DNA of 64,000 nucleotides from the human T2T-CHM13v2.0 reference genome, Homo sapiens. A model generated the notes under the pieces. That model had not been told where the DNA came from and did not search any database. It saw nothing but the letters and a program-made list of their open reading frames with translations. Both the position numbers and the translations under genes were made by a program. Below, piece by piece: positions 24,670 to 36,362 of the stretch (the stretch's first letter is position 1; each line of letters begins with the position of its first letter). Where the stretch lies: assembly GCF_009914755.1 (NCBI RefSeq), contig NC_060928.1; one strand, 5' to 3'.

Positions 24670-25072
24670 CCTTTAATTTCCTACAGCTGCCGACAAAGCG
24701 CAATAAAGCCGGTGACCTCAGATACAGAGTTTATCCTCTCACCATCCCGGAGGCCAGAAATGCCAGACCAAGGTGCCGGTGGGCCGTGCTCCCTCAGGAG
24801 GCCTTGGCGAGGCTCCCTCTTGGGGCCCCAGGTGTTCCTGGGCTTGTGGCTACATTGCTCCCATCCCTGCCTCAGTTGTCACATTCTCCCCAGGTGCCTG
24901 TGTCTTCTAACAAGGACATCAGCCATTGGATGAAGCCACCTTAAATCCAGGATGACTTCATCGTAACTTACTGACATCAGCAAAGACCCTATTTCCAAAT
25001 ACGGTCACATTCACAGCTGCAGCTGGTTAGGACTTGAACATGTATTTTGGGGGGACACAATTCCACCCACAG
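24670..25072 (-). mobile_element. MLT1B/C-like MaLR LTR
   Basis: ggaggccagaaatgccagaccaaggtgcc ... caaagaccctatttccaaatacggtcacattc ... ttggggggacacaattc. Confidence 0.7.
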
Positions 25073-26274
25073 CAATCCCCCTTGGTCCCCACTCAGCCCA
25101 GGTGAGAGCCAACCGGCACCTGCACAGCTGAAGCCATGGTCCCCACCCCACCTTTGGTCCCCACATCACGTGGAAAGCTCACGTGCAGGGGCTCTGCTGT
25201 CCATGAACTCTCCTCACCTAGTCCTCGCCACAACTCCAGGCCCCAACGCAAAAGCATGGCAGGTCTGCCTGGCCCAGAAGCCCCCTGTCCCCAACATTGT
25301 TCTGCCAGCCCCAGGGAGGGCTTCCTGATGTGCCACCAGGGTCCTTCGGCCTGGCAGGCTGAAGCCGGGGCCGGCTGTCACTGCCGCTGTCCTGGATAGC
25401 CTCGTGGGCCTCCCCTGTGGTAAGCCAGGGGCTGTCTCGTTGCCCAGTAAGCCCTGGCTGCCCTCCCCTCCACAGGCTGGGCAGGCAACAGAAAAGCAGA
25501 CTTCAGGAGCAAAAGGCGGAGGCCCCAGACCCCAGCTCTCCCAGAGCAGAATGGAGCAGAAGGGACGGGCCGGTCCTTTATCCCCTGGAGCCAGGCTTCC
25601 TGCCTCAGAAATGCTTGGGGCTGCCCTCACACCACGCTGGGCAGCTTCAGGAGACACCGTGTGATCACCTGGTGCTGGGGAACTCGCAGGCATCAGCCCC
25701 TCCACTCCTCCCCATTGGGGAAAGGGAGGAGATGGGGCCCAAGGCAAGGGACCCAGGACAGGGCTTTGCAGGAGCACCCAAGCTTCATGGGGCGATTTCA
25801 TCAGTCACATAGGAATGCCAGCTGCGACGCCCACACACTGGAGACCCAGCAAACGAAGCAGGCCCGGACACTGGCATGGAATTCTGACACATCAGGGTAC
25901 AACCACCAAATTGGAAAGGTCATAAAATATTAAAGCTGTTGATGGAGAGAAAATATTGAAGATTTCATCAGCAGTTTCTTGCCCTATTTCAATGATATTA
26001 ACTTTTTAATTAAAATTGACGCTCAAGACTTTCCAACAGAGGGAAGTTTCACTTCTTAACCTAGAGGGAGCCGCATGGGACTCCTAACCTGGTGAGCTTT
26101 CTGGAGAGGCAGAGCGGGTGGCAGCAGGACTAAGGGGGCGAGGCAGAGATGGCGGGGACAGTGGGATGCTGCGGGGGCACCCCCGGCGAGGGTGGGGGTG
26201 GGGAGGGACAGGTGCTGTGGGGAGGGTCCTCCTTGCCCTCTGGTGACACGAACACTCTTCTGGGTGCCATCTAT

Positions 26275-26525
26275 GCAGAGACAGGAGGAGACAGAGACAC
26301 AGACACAGCAGGAGACAGAGAGACACAGAGACAGGAGGAGACAGAGACATAGAGAGACAGGAGACAGAGAGACACAGAGACAGGAGGAGACAGAGACACG
26401 CAGAGACCGGGAGACACAGTGAGCTCCAGGGACTGACAGACACACATACTGACACACGGGGAGATAGAGACAAAGAGACAGAGATAAAGACAGAGGTGCT
26501 CAGAGAGAAAGAGACAGAGAGGGAG
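26275..26525. repeat. (GAGACA)n-type GA-rich simple repeat
   Basis: Repeated gagacagagacacagagacaggag. Confidence 0.9.
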
Positions 26526-26594
26526 GGGACAAGGGCCAGAGACAGGACGCACTTGGTCATGGAGGCACTCCCTGGCGGAGCCTGCCTGGTCCAC

Positions 26595-27730
26595 ACCGGT
26601 CCAGGGCCGCGCCGCAGAGGAAAGGAGGTGAGGCTGGGACACCCCGGGGGTCCCTGGAAGGAGGTTTAGGGTGGGAGACAGACCGGCCTCAACCGCAGGG
26701 AGGTCACTGTCCCGGGGTGGGAGTTAGGGCTGTATGCAGTAGACTGGAGGGCGATCGCGGGCTCCACCGGGAGGGAGCAGCTGTGCGCCTTGACGTAAAA
26801 TCCCCACCCTGGCTCCAATGGCCCGCACCTGCCCTGGGGTGCGCCGGGGTGGGCTCCGCGGGGACATCACGAGGGTGAGCAACGGGGAGGAGCCTCGAGG
26901 AGCCCATCCCTTCGGCAGGTGGTGGGGGCCCGGATCTGGGTCTACGCCGCCCCACCTCCCTCCTGGCCACACCGCTGCGGAGAAGGTGCCGCACCTGCGC
27001 GACCGCTGCCTGGCCGGTCTAGAGCCCACCGCGGTGGAGCGTCAGCCCTCCTGAGTGGCGGTTCCTGTGGGCGGGACGCCTGGGTTGCCATGGAGACCGA
27101 GAGCCCAGCCCCGCGGAGCCCCGGGTGTGCACCGGGACAGGAAGCCGAAAGCAGAGCGGGAGACTCGACTTGCACTTTAATAGGCTCTCCCAGGAGCCGT
27201 TGTCCAGAGGGAGCGGGGTTCGCGGGGCTGGCGGGGACGTGGCGGGGCGGTGGAGGGGTGAGGGGGAGGGGAAGGACGGCGGCGGGGGCGGGGGAGGTGC
27301 ACGGTGGGGCCGCGGGGACGGGGCGGGGGCGTCGCAGGGCGAGTGCGCGCCCCCACTGCCATCCAGGCCGTCGCGGCGCGGCTCGAACACTCACAGAGGA
27401 AGCACCTACTGTGCGCCAACCCTGCGCCCGGCAGCGTGCGGGAGACAGAGGGGAACCCAGTACTTCCCTGCCGTGGGGGCTCTCGGTGGGCTCGAGGTCA
27501 TGTCCTGGTGAGGAATTACGGTCCCTTTTACTGATGAGGAAACGGAGGCGCAGACGGCACTGGGTCCAAGTTGCCCAGGCCTCCGAGGTGCGCGCAGCTC
27601 CTAGCCGGGCCTTCTGTTTGGAGACGCGGAGCGCGGGCTGCGAGCCCGGGTGAAATGGCCTTAACGCACGGTACAAGGCAGTTTGTCCTGGGGCTGGAGC
27701 GTCTGGGGGCCCTGCCGGCTGCACGTGGGA
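26595..27730. promoter_or_regulatory. CpG island with promoter-type motifs (RFX X-box, GC boxes, CRE-like site)
   Basis: Dense CpG and very high GC; GTTGCCATGGAGAC at 27084-27097; several GGGGCGG boxes at 27240-27330; TGACGTAA at 26791. No associated gene recognised. Confidence 0.75.
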
Positions 27731-28348
27731 GAAGGGCTGGCCGCCTCCTGCCTCATTTCCTCCTCTCTAATGGAGAAGGAGGCCGCTGACTCGCAGAGTG
27801 GCGCTGCAGGGTTGGGGGAGCCCTACCCTAGGACATCTCCAAGCACCCTGCACTGCTGTCACCAACCCTGTCACCTGCCCTCCCATTCCTGTGTTTTGAA
27901 AACCTGAGCTCAGCGGGCTTGCCCCGTGGCCCCTCTGCGCAGGGGTGGGCAGAGAGACAGAGGGAGGATGGGTGGATGGGTGGATGGGTGAGAGGAGAAC
28001 TGCAGGGAGGGCCTGCCCGGCACACTTGTCTGCAGTCTCTGGGGAGTGCCGTGCCACCCTGTCCAGCTCCAGTCCCAGCCCAGCGCCCTCCCCTCCTGAG
28101 CCACAGCCAGAGCCTGTCCTGGTGAGCTTGGGTGTTCCCAGGATACCCCACTATACCTACTGCGTGCCCGCCCTGTCCTGTAGACACAGAGATGGGCCAT
28201 ACACAGCCTGAGGCCTGGGGTAGCTGGCTCTTGGATGGTGGTGGGACCAGGGTGGTGAGAAGAGCAGGGGTCGGGGGAAGAGGGGCACCCTGAAGGATGC
28301 TGTGCGCATAGTAAAAATCGGATGCATGCTCATCACGAGGTTCCCACT

Positions 28349-28549
28349 GGAGGCATGAGATGATTGGAGGAGGGGACGCAGCGGAGGCATGAGATGATTG
28401 GAGGAGGGGACGCAGCGGAGGCATGAGATGATTGGATGAGAGGTCGTAGCGGAGGCATGAGATGATTGGAGGAGAGGACACAGCGGAGGCATGAGATGAT
28501 TGGAGGAGGGGACGCAGCAGAGGCATGAGATGATTGGAGGAGGAGACGC
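28349..28549. repeat. 34-bp minisatellite, 6 units, each with an inverted CCAAT box
   Basis: ggaggcatgagatgattggaggaggggacgcagc starting at 28349, 28383, 28417, 28451, 28485 and 28519. Confidence 0.95.
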
Positions 28550-29530
28550 TTCTTCCTAATTTGCACAGTGACCCTAAAGGCTGTGACAGCTGTCGAAGAG
28601 GCCATAGCCCAACCGAGGGCTATCAGAGAGGACTTCCTGGAAGAGGCAACACAAACGCTGAATCAAAGGGCAGGTAGGGCGTTGCTAGGCAGCAGATGGG
28701 GAAGACCATCTGAGTTCCTGTTTCTCCACTGCCCTGCTGCTTCCCCAGGGCTTGGGGGCCCTACTGAGGGGAGTAGGGAGGGCCTGTGCCCTCTCTGGGG
28801 AATGTGCTGGAACATTCCCCATAGTCTAGGCAGATGGGGCAGCAGAATCCAAAAGCCACCCCAGAGGAGGGTCACTCTCGGACAGTCAGGGCGCTTCCCT
28901 CAGAAGGCCCCTCCCCACCAAGCCATGCCCTGCCCTCTTGTGTGAAGAGGGGAGGCCACTCCCCTGTATGGCTGGAGTCTCTGTCCCTGCGCGCACTCCC
29001 CGCCCTTCCCCAGCCCTGGGCTTCTCTGTGTTCTGAGCCAGCCAGGCAGGGGCGGAGCCAACCACCTCCACCCCAGATCCTGCTACCTCGCAGCAGATGC
29101 ATTTGGTTTAAATATTTCACTGGAGGCCAGGTCAGCGTCTTCATGTATGAAGACATGCCAGGGAAGGAGGAAGGGCAGACTCCATGGGACCCGTCATGGT
29201 GAGCCCCTGAGGTGCCTTCTGGAACCTGGCCAGGGCAGGATCAGCTCTGGGGATGGTCAGGGTGGGGCCGGGCAGTGGGGCAGGGGCAGGGAGGAGCTGA
29301 TCAGGGAAAGGGGAGAGAGGGAGGGTTGGGCGGGAGACAGGATGGAAAAGCGGACGGAAATGCAGTCTGGGGAGATGAAACCCTGAGAAGCCAAGAAGAA
29401 GATGCGGGACCTAGCGTCTGGCTGGGCGGCCCAAGGATGGAAGGGGTGAATTGCAGGCCCAAACCCGCTGCCCAGATCTGATCCGGTTCCTCCTGAAGAT
29501 GCTGCCCAAGGCACAGAAAGAACTTTTGTG

Positions 29531-29722
29531 GTGCCAGCCTCGGGCCACCAGCCTTGGGAGGCCAGCCTCAGGACACCAGCCTTCATGATGCCAGCCCCAG
29601 GACGCCAGCCTCAGGACCACAGCGTTCATAACGCCAGGCTCGGGACGCCAGCCTTGGGAAGCCAGCCACGGGATGCCAGCCTTTATGACACCAGCCTCCA
29701 GCCACCATCCTCCGACGCCTCG
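29531..29722. repeat. Degenerate ~14-bp minisatellite
   Basis: gccagcct(c/t)gggac-like unit repeated about 13 times. Confidence 0.8.
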
Positions 29723-29834
29723 GCGCTCAGAGCTCTGTACCTGGGGTGGGGGAAGCACTCACCTCTCAGAGACTCCGTGTCTTTGCCTGTGAATGAGAAC
29801 ATCCCACCCGACCATTAGTGCTATCATTAGAATT

Positions 29835-30900
29835 ACTTTTTAAAATAATGTTTATTTTTTAAGTTTTATATTTATAGAAAAATTGAGAAAATAGTACAGG
29901 TTTTCCATATATCTTCCACTGTTTCCCCATCACTAACATCTGGCAGCAGTGTGGTCATTTGTTACAATCAGTGAACCAGTATCGACACGTTGTTGTTACT
30001 AACCAGAGTCCCAAATCCCTATTGCCTCGGTTCTTACCCAATGCCCTGTCCCAGGATCCCACCCATGGCCCCGCATGACACTTGCTCGCATCTCCGTAGG
30101 CTCTGCCTGGCTGGGGCCGTTTCTCAGACGTTCCTGGTGTCCAATGACCTTGACAGTTTTGAGGAGGACTGCTCAGGGATTTTGTAGACTGTCCCTCAAT
30201 AGGGACTGGTGTGATGTGTTTCCTGTGATTAGATTGGGGTTATGATGGGTTCTTGGTGGGGAAAACCAGAGAGGTGCCGTGCCATCCCCATCACCTTGTA
30301 CCAAGGGCACACTTAGGACTGTGGACTGTGGACCTTGACCCTGGTCACCTGGCTGAGGGGTGTTGGTCAGGTTTCTCCACTGTGAAGTTTCTTTCTCCCC
30401 ATTTCCACACTGTCCTCTGTGGCAGGAAGTCACTGTGCAGCCGAGGCTTAAGGCATGGGGAGCTATGCCACAGCTCTCAGAGGGCGGAGCATCTACCTAT
30501 ATTATGTGGCATCCTTCTGCATGGAGGTTTGTCCCCTCGCCCCCCACCCCCATTTATTTATTTATTTGGCCATTTGTTTCTGCCAGTGTGGGCTTGTGGA
30601 CATCCGTCGTGCGCTTTTCCTGATAATCCAGTGGTGCTTCCTTCCGTTGCTCAGTAGCCCCAGCTTCAGCCCTTGGGAGCTCTCTGTGCTGGCTCCTGTC
30701 CCTTTGACAGGCCCCATCAGTGTGATTTGGGTGTTTCAGTTTCATTTGAGCACCTCCTTGCTCTTTGGGGTGAAACGGTGCCCCAGGCCCCTCTTGTATT
30801 TCCCTTTGCTCCAGTTCTAGAATCAGCCATTTCTCCAAGCAGCCGTGGTTCCTTTTTTTTTTTTTTTTAAATGGTTTTAGAACCCAAGATCTGGGCACAC
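29835..30900 (-). mobile_element. L1MC-type 3' end relic
   Basis: ttatagaaaaattgagaaaatagtacag ... tttgttacaatcagtgaacc ... gaccttgacagttttgaggag ... ctagaatcagccatttctccaag. Confidence 0.7.
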
Positions 30901-31519
30901 AAGAAGTCATTTTTAAGGTGATTCTGTAGCCTTAGCACAGGACTGGGCACTGCGGGAGTCATCACCCCTTTGCTGCCCTACTCCTTGCTTGCTAAGACCA
31001 AGCAGCTCCTCTTCTGCCAGCCTCTGCCATATCTGGCCACAGTAGAAGCAGCTGCTTGTCCCCCTGCCCTGCCCATGCTGGTCCCCAGGGTCTCTGCAAG
31101 GAGAGGCTTAGCATTTGCATAGAATGGAGGGTAGGAATAGAGTGGAGAGAGCCGTGAACCCAGAGTATGGTGAGAAAAGGCACCGCCCAGAATGGCCATG
31201 ATGTGAAGACAGAGACCTCTATGTGTGGGCTCCGTTCTGATGGTCTTGCTATTGGAGTGGACTTCGCTTTGCAGTGTGCAGCCACAGTGAGTGGAAGCAT
31301 GCCGGTGCCTCTGCTGCTGGAACCCGGCTGCCGGAGGATGGAAAGGACAGCTCTGCCACAGAGACACAACAGATCCCACTAGATAGGGTGGGAGACAAAG
31401 AGACTCAAGCCAGCTGCAACCCTGAACCAGCTTCTCTGCCCTATGCAGACCCTGGAAAGTCCTCTGAATTCCAGGGCAATAAAACAAAACAAACAAAAAA
31501 CTCTTTACTCCTAAGTAAG

Positions 31520-32053
31520 AGCTCATGTGACCCCAGAGCTCTCAGAACCCTTCAGGGTGACCACAGCACATGAAACGCACTGCAGAACTCTTGGAACCCT
31601 GCGGGGTAACTCTTGGAATCCTGCGGGGTCACCACAGCACGTGACGTGCACTGCAGGGCTCTCAGAACCCTTTGGGATGACCACAGCCTGTGAAGTGCAT
31701 TGCAGAGCTCTGAGAACCTTTCAGGGTGGCCACAGCACGTGACGGGCTCTGCAGAGCTCTGGGAACCCTGCGGGGTGACCACAGCACGTGACGGGCTCTG
31801 CAGAGCTCTGGGAACCCTGCGGGGTGACCACAGCACGTGACGGGCTCTGCAGAGCTCTGGGAACCCTGCGGGGTGACCACAGCACGTGACGGGCTCTGCA
31901 GAGCTCTGGGAACCCTGCGGGGTGACCACAGCACGTGACGGGCTCTGCAGAGCTCTGGGAACCCTGCGGGGTGACCACAGCATGTGAAGCGCACTGCAGA
32001 GCTCTCCAAACCCGTCAGGGTGACAAAAGCACGTGAAGTGCACTGCAGAGCTC
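31520..32053. repeat. 49-bp minisatellite, ~10 units (about 5 near-identical core copies)
   Basis: gcagagctctgggaaccctgcggggtgaccacagcacgtgacgggctct; period 49 (31751 to 31800); degenerate flanking units. Confidence 0.95.
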
Positions 32054-32307
32054 CGGCCAGACAAGGGTGTGAGAGCAGGCATCCCAGGGCTGCACCTTAG
32101 AACTAACAGAGATGACCAGATCTACTCTCTACAGACTGTGTGACCTTGAGCATCTGTAAAATGGGGAACAGCAGTGCTTGCCTCACAGGTACCACCAGAG
32201 AGCTATTGACTCACTCTCTGGCTGTCTTCCTACCTTTACTCAATGTCCTTCTTCACCCACCTTTCTTTCTGCCTTCAGGTGCCTCATCCTCAAGCAGGGG
32301 TGAATGG

Positions 32308-32777
32308 TGTGATGGTTAATTTTATATGTCAACTTGATTGGGCCATGGGATGCCCAGATCGCTGGTGAAACATGATTTCTGGGTTGTCTGTGGAAGAGGT
32401 TAGCATAGTGACTGAGTGAGCACACTGCACTCCCCAGTGTGGGCGGGCACCGTTCCTGTCTGTTGAGGGCCTGCATAGAACAAAAGAGCAAGGCAGAGGA
32501 AGGTTGAGTTCGCTCTTACTCTGCCTGAATGTTTGAGCTGGGTGGAAGAACCTGCTCCCGATGCTGCTGGTTCACAGGCCTTTAAACTCAGATGGGATAC
32601 TACACCATTGGCTCTCAGCTCTTATGCCTTTGAACTACACCACTGGCTTTCCTTGGTCCCCAGTTTGCAGAATGCAGATTGTGGGATTTGTCCTCCATAA
32701 TTGCATGAGCCACTTCCTTATAATAAATCTTATTTTATATAGGCATATGTAATCTCCAAAGAACTCTGACTAATACA
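32308..32777 (+). mobile_element. MLT2 (ERVL) solo LTR
   Basis: tgtgatggttaattttatatgtcaacttgattgggcca ... gaactctgactaataca. Confidence 0.85.
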
Positions 32778-32999
32778 GATGACCAAGGATTGCTGCACAG
32801 TCAAGGAATGTCTGTACCATGAGGAACAGAGACCAGAACAGATAAACACAGGGAGCAAAAGAGAATCTCAGAGAGAGAATATGTTGCTTCCATAGAACAA
32901 GAACAGTGTGCTCTACAAAAGGAATGGGCAGAGAATACACATGAGCTGTTGCAAATGTATATCCATCCATATCTATTATATGTATTAATATCTATTCTA

Positions 33000-33585
33000 T
33001 CTGAAGTTGAGGAGGACTTCAGAAGGAAAACAAATTTAACAGAAATAAAATGTGTGGGGCTATCTTAGAACATAGAACAAAAAAAATCCCCAAAGTAACA
33101 GAAAATAGAAAAGATAAACATGTTAAAAATGGAGACTCCACAGAGACCATACAGTGAGCAGGAGTGCCTGAAAGAGAAAAAGGAAGACCAAAGTGAAAAC
33201 AATTTCTACCTGATTATTTCAAGAAAATTTCTCAGAACTAAAGAATATAACTTGCCAGATTGAAGGTCCTACCAAGGTCCCAGCACTGATATTGTGAAAT
33301 TTCAAAACAGTAGGAACAAAGAAAAGAGCTGAGCACTTCAGGGACAAAGGAAAGGTTCACACTTGGAGCAGAGACTCCGAGGTCTTCAGACTCCTGGAGG
33401 GCAGCACTGGAGGCTGTGAGTCAGTGAGCAAGGCCTTGGATGGGCCAAGGTAAAAATGATTTTCAGCCCTGAATTTGATACCCAGCCAAACTATCAATCA
33501 GGTTTGAGGGATGAATCAAGATATTGTCAGAATAAGTGGAATTTACAAGTTCCATTCCATGCTTCTTTCCTTAAGAGACTTTTAG
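33000..33585 (+). mobile_element. Old L1/HAL1 ORF1-like fragment
   Basis: A-rich; aagaaaatttctcagaactaaag, gtgaaatttcaaaac and tacccagccaaactatcaatc are typical ORF1-region relics. Confidence 0.55.
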
Positions 33586-33587
33586 AG

Positions 33588-33833
33588 CAGGGGTGTCCAA
33601 TTTTTTGGCTTCTCTGGGCCACACTGGAAAAGAATTATCTTGGGCCACACATAAAATACACTAACACTAACAATAGCTGGTGAGCTTAAAAAAAAAAAAA
33701 GAAAGAAAGAAAGAAAAAAGAAATTGCAAAAAAAACCCCTCATGTTTTAAGAAAGTTTACAAATTTGTGTTGGGCTGCATTCAAATCTGTCCTGGGCCAC
33801 ATGCAGTCCATGGGCCACAGTTGGACAAGCTTG
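33588..33833 (+). mobile_element. MER30 hAT-Charlie non-autonomous DNA transposon
   Basis: caggggtgtccaa ... ttggacaagcttg termini; 8-bp flanks ttttagag/ctctagaa approximate the hAT NTCTAGAN target. Confidence 0.85.
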
Positions 33834-34679
33834 CTCTAGAAGGTGTAAGTCAATGAGGGACGGACCTCAGTGAGGGGGCTCACAATTTGAGAGCTAGTGG
33901 CTCTCACCCAGGAACCAGTTCATGGGGAGTGTGGGGACATACACGGTGCCCAGGCCTGGAGAGCCCGTTGCAGCCTGAGTGTGGTGTGACATAGGGGACC
34001 GGGGAGCAGCTCAAAAGGAAAATGCATGGGACAGACGTTTGAGAGCTATGCTTGGGCATTGGAAAAAAGCACTGCTGGATGAGTGTCAAGTCTGTAAAGC
34101 ATTTGGGGGCAGAAAAATGGGGATAGGGAGAGGACCACAAAACAGGTCAGACACTCTTCCCCTAAGGCTGCAGCTTGGGGAAATGCACAAAGTGAAGATT
34201 CCTGAGTAACCAGTGCCCACACTAGGGAACCAGCACTTCAGGAGCCCCCTCGGGCCCCGCCTATTCCCACAGGTGATGCCAGTTCTGACTCACAGCACAG
34301 ATTACTTTTGTCTGTTCTTCTACTTTGTGTAAATGGAATCAGGTCTCAGAACTTTCAACATACTGAAGTATTGGCATGATACCAACAAAAATATGAATAT
34401 TTTGGTACTTAAAAGCAGCCCTGTATCCTGGAAATATACATCTGGAATACAGGGATGCAGAAAACCCTTATTACACTCACGAATAGGTCCCCCATAGAGG
34501 AAGAAAATTAAACTATAAGGTCATGCTTAAGTCACAGGGAGAACAAGTTATCTAAGAATGGAAACAGAGTTCACACCCCGGCTCAGAAACATATGGCATC
34601 CACTGACCTGTGATGAAGGCTCCCAGGGAAAATGCCGGGCCAGCTGAGGGGGCAGGAGAAGCCGGGGGTGGGAGTACAT

Positions 34680-35116
34680 AGAACACGATCCTGACACTTA
34701 AAACAGTGAGGAAGACTCTATTCAAGACTATCGCAGCAGCCGTCAGGATGACCACAACAGGGAGAGATTGAGCTCAACGCCGAAGACCACGAGGACAAGC
34801 GGGAGTCTCTAGCCAAGGAGGAGGGGGTTCATAGCCCCTGCCACAAGGACTAGTGGGGGCTGATAGCCAAGGGCCTCGGGGGATGGCAAAAGACTGAGAT
34901 GAGAAGTTAAGGGCAGGAGATTCTTGCTGAAGGCGGCCGAGGAGTCAGAACTCACAGGTGGGGGATGAGGAACCGGATCATTCACGGAGGGGAGAGATAG
35001 CAGAGGTCAGAGGTTCTCCCTAAACCAGCAGAGATGAATCCAAAGCCCCGGGTGGAGGCCCGGTGGCAATGAGGTATCAGAGGAGCCAGGAAAGTCTGGC
35101 CAGGAGGAGTCTGCTA
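34680..35116 (-). mobile_element. MER31-like ERV1 LTR
   Basis: aagactctattcaagactatcgc..agggagagattgagctcaac ... cagaggagccaggaaagtctggccaggaggagtct resemble the reverse complement of the recalled MER31 consensus. Confidence 0.5.
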
Positions 35117-35197
35117 GGGCTCAGCACTGAAGCGCCACGGAAGGAGTCTATAGAGGCTGCAGCTGTGTTCCGGTTCGGAAGCCGAGGAGGAGCGCGT

Positions 35198-35320
35198 GAG
35201 AGCCACAGCCCCGGCGCGAGAACCACAGCCCCGGCGCGAGAGCCACAGCCCCGGCGTGGGAACCACAGTCCCGGCGCGAGAGCCGCAGCCCCAGCGTGGG
35301 AACCACAGCCCCGACGCGAG
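35198..35320. repeat. 20-bp CpG-rich minisatellite, ~6 units
   Basis: gagagccacagccccggcgc alternating with g(a/g)gaaccacag.cccg.cgc. Confidence 0.9.
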
Positions 35321-36214
35321 CAGCTCAGCAGGGCCCACTTGTTTCCTTATTAATTTTTACTTTCAGCCACATGCAATTAACAGTGTATTGTTAATTTGCC
35401 AACAATAACAACAGGCTCAAATCAGCCATGACCACCCGCCGGCGGGAGGGGCCTCCCTGCGTGGAGTTGGCCTCTACCCCAAGATCTGCATCCCACACTC
35501 AGGCCTGCTGCCCTCTGGCCTCTGCCCAGGCTGTGCCCTGGACCCAGACGCTGCTCCCTCAGCCCAGTCCTTTTGGGTGTCTCTGACCTTCCTTCAAGAT
35601 GCACCCAAGCAAGGCGACCCCTGTGCAGGAAGGGCCCAGCCCTTTGACTGGGCAGGCTGCGCTCTGTTCACTAGGTACCCATGTTGGGTAGGGACCTGTG
35701 GCCACAATCCTGGTGTCTCCCACCCCTGTCCAGAACAGGTGCGGACTAAGCGTCTGCTGCGCTGCCAGGGCGCTGTCAGGATGGCGCCCAGAGGACGGGC
35801 TGCTGCCCTGGGGCTGCCTGAGGAGGGTCCGCAGAAGTTCCCTCTCGAGCGGGAGGAGGGGATTTGCATATTCACTTAGAAGGATGAAGCGCTGCGGGGA
35901 ACCTTCCCACCCCCAAGGAGCTGTTCTGCCCAGATGCTGAGCTGGGAGCCGTCCCTCCCCCGGCCACACGCCTGCAGGTGACCCCCCTGCCCCGCCCCGC
36001 CACCAGGCCTGGGCACCCCAACCTCCACCCCTGCCAGAGGCGCCTGCACCGGGTTCCTCCTGCAGATCTGCAAACTCACGCCCGCCCAGCTCAGGCTCTG
36101 CAGCCCAGTTCTCATCGTTTCACGGGCTGAGGCCGGCTCCCGCGCAGGAAGGCGGGGTTTGCTGCCACCTGCTGTCCATTCGCCATAAGAGGTGGGACGC
36201 ACGTTCACCTGAGA

Positions 36215-36362
36215 GCTTGGGGAGGAGAGAGGAAGGAAGGAGAAATTGAGGGAGGAGAGGGGAAGAAGGGAGGAAAGAGGGGAGGGGAGGCAAGAAGAGG
36301 TGAGAAGAGGACAGGAGGAGGAAAGAGATGGGTGACGGGGAGACGGGAAGGAAGAGGGAGGG
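36215..36362. repeat. Polypurine (GA-rich) low-complexity tract
   Basis: About 150 bp of almost only G and A. Confidence 0.85.

Noticed and set aside
26919-27724. 244-aa and 260-aa ORFs as genes
   Set aside because: Overlapping antisense ORFs rich in Gly/Arg/Pro/Ala are expected from stop-codon scarcity in a CpG island; no domain similarity recognised.
31520-32053. CRISPR array or repeat-protein gene (ORFs 31552-32082)
   Set aside because: Head-to-tail identical units with no spacers; the ORFs are translations of a 49-bp repeat cycling through frames.
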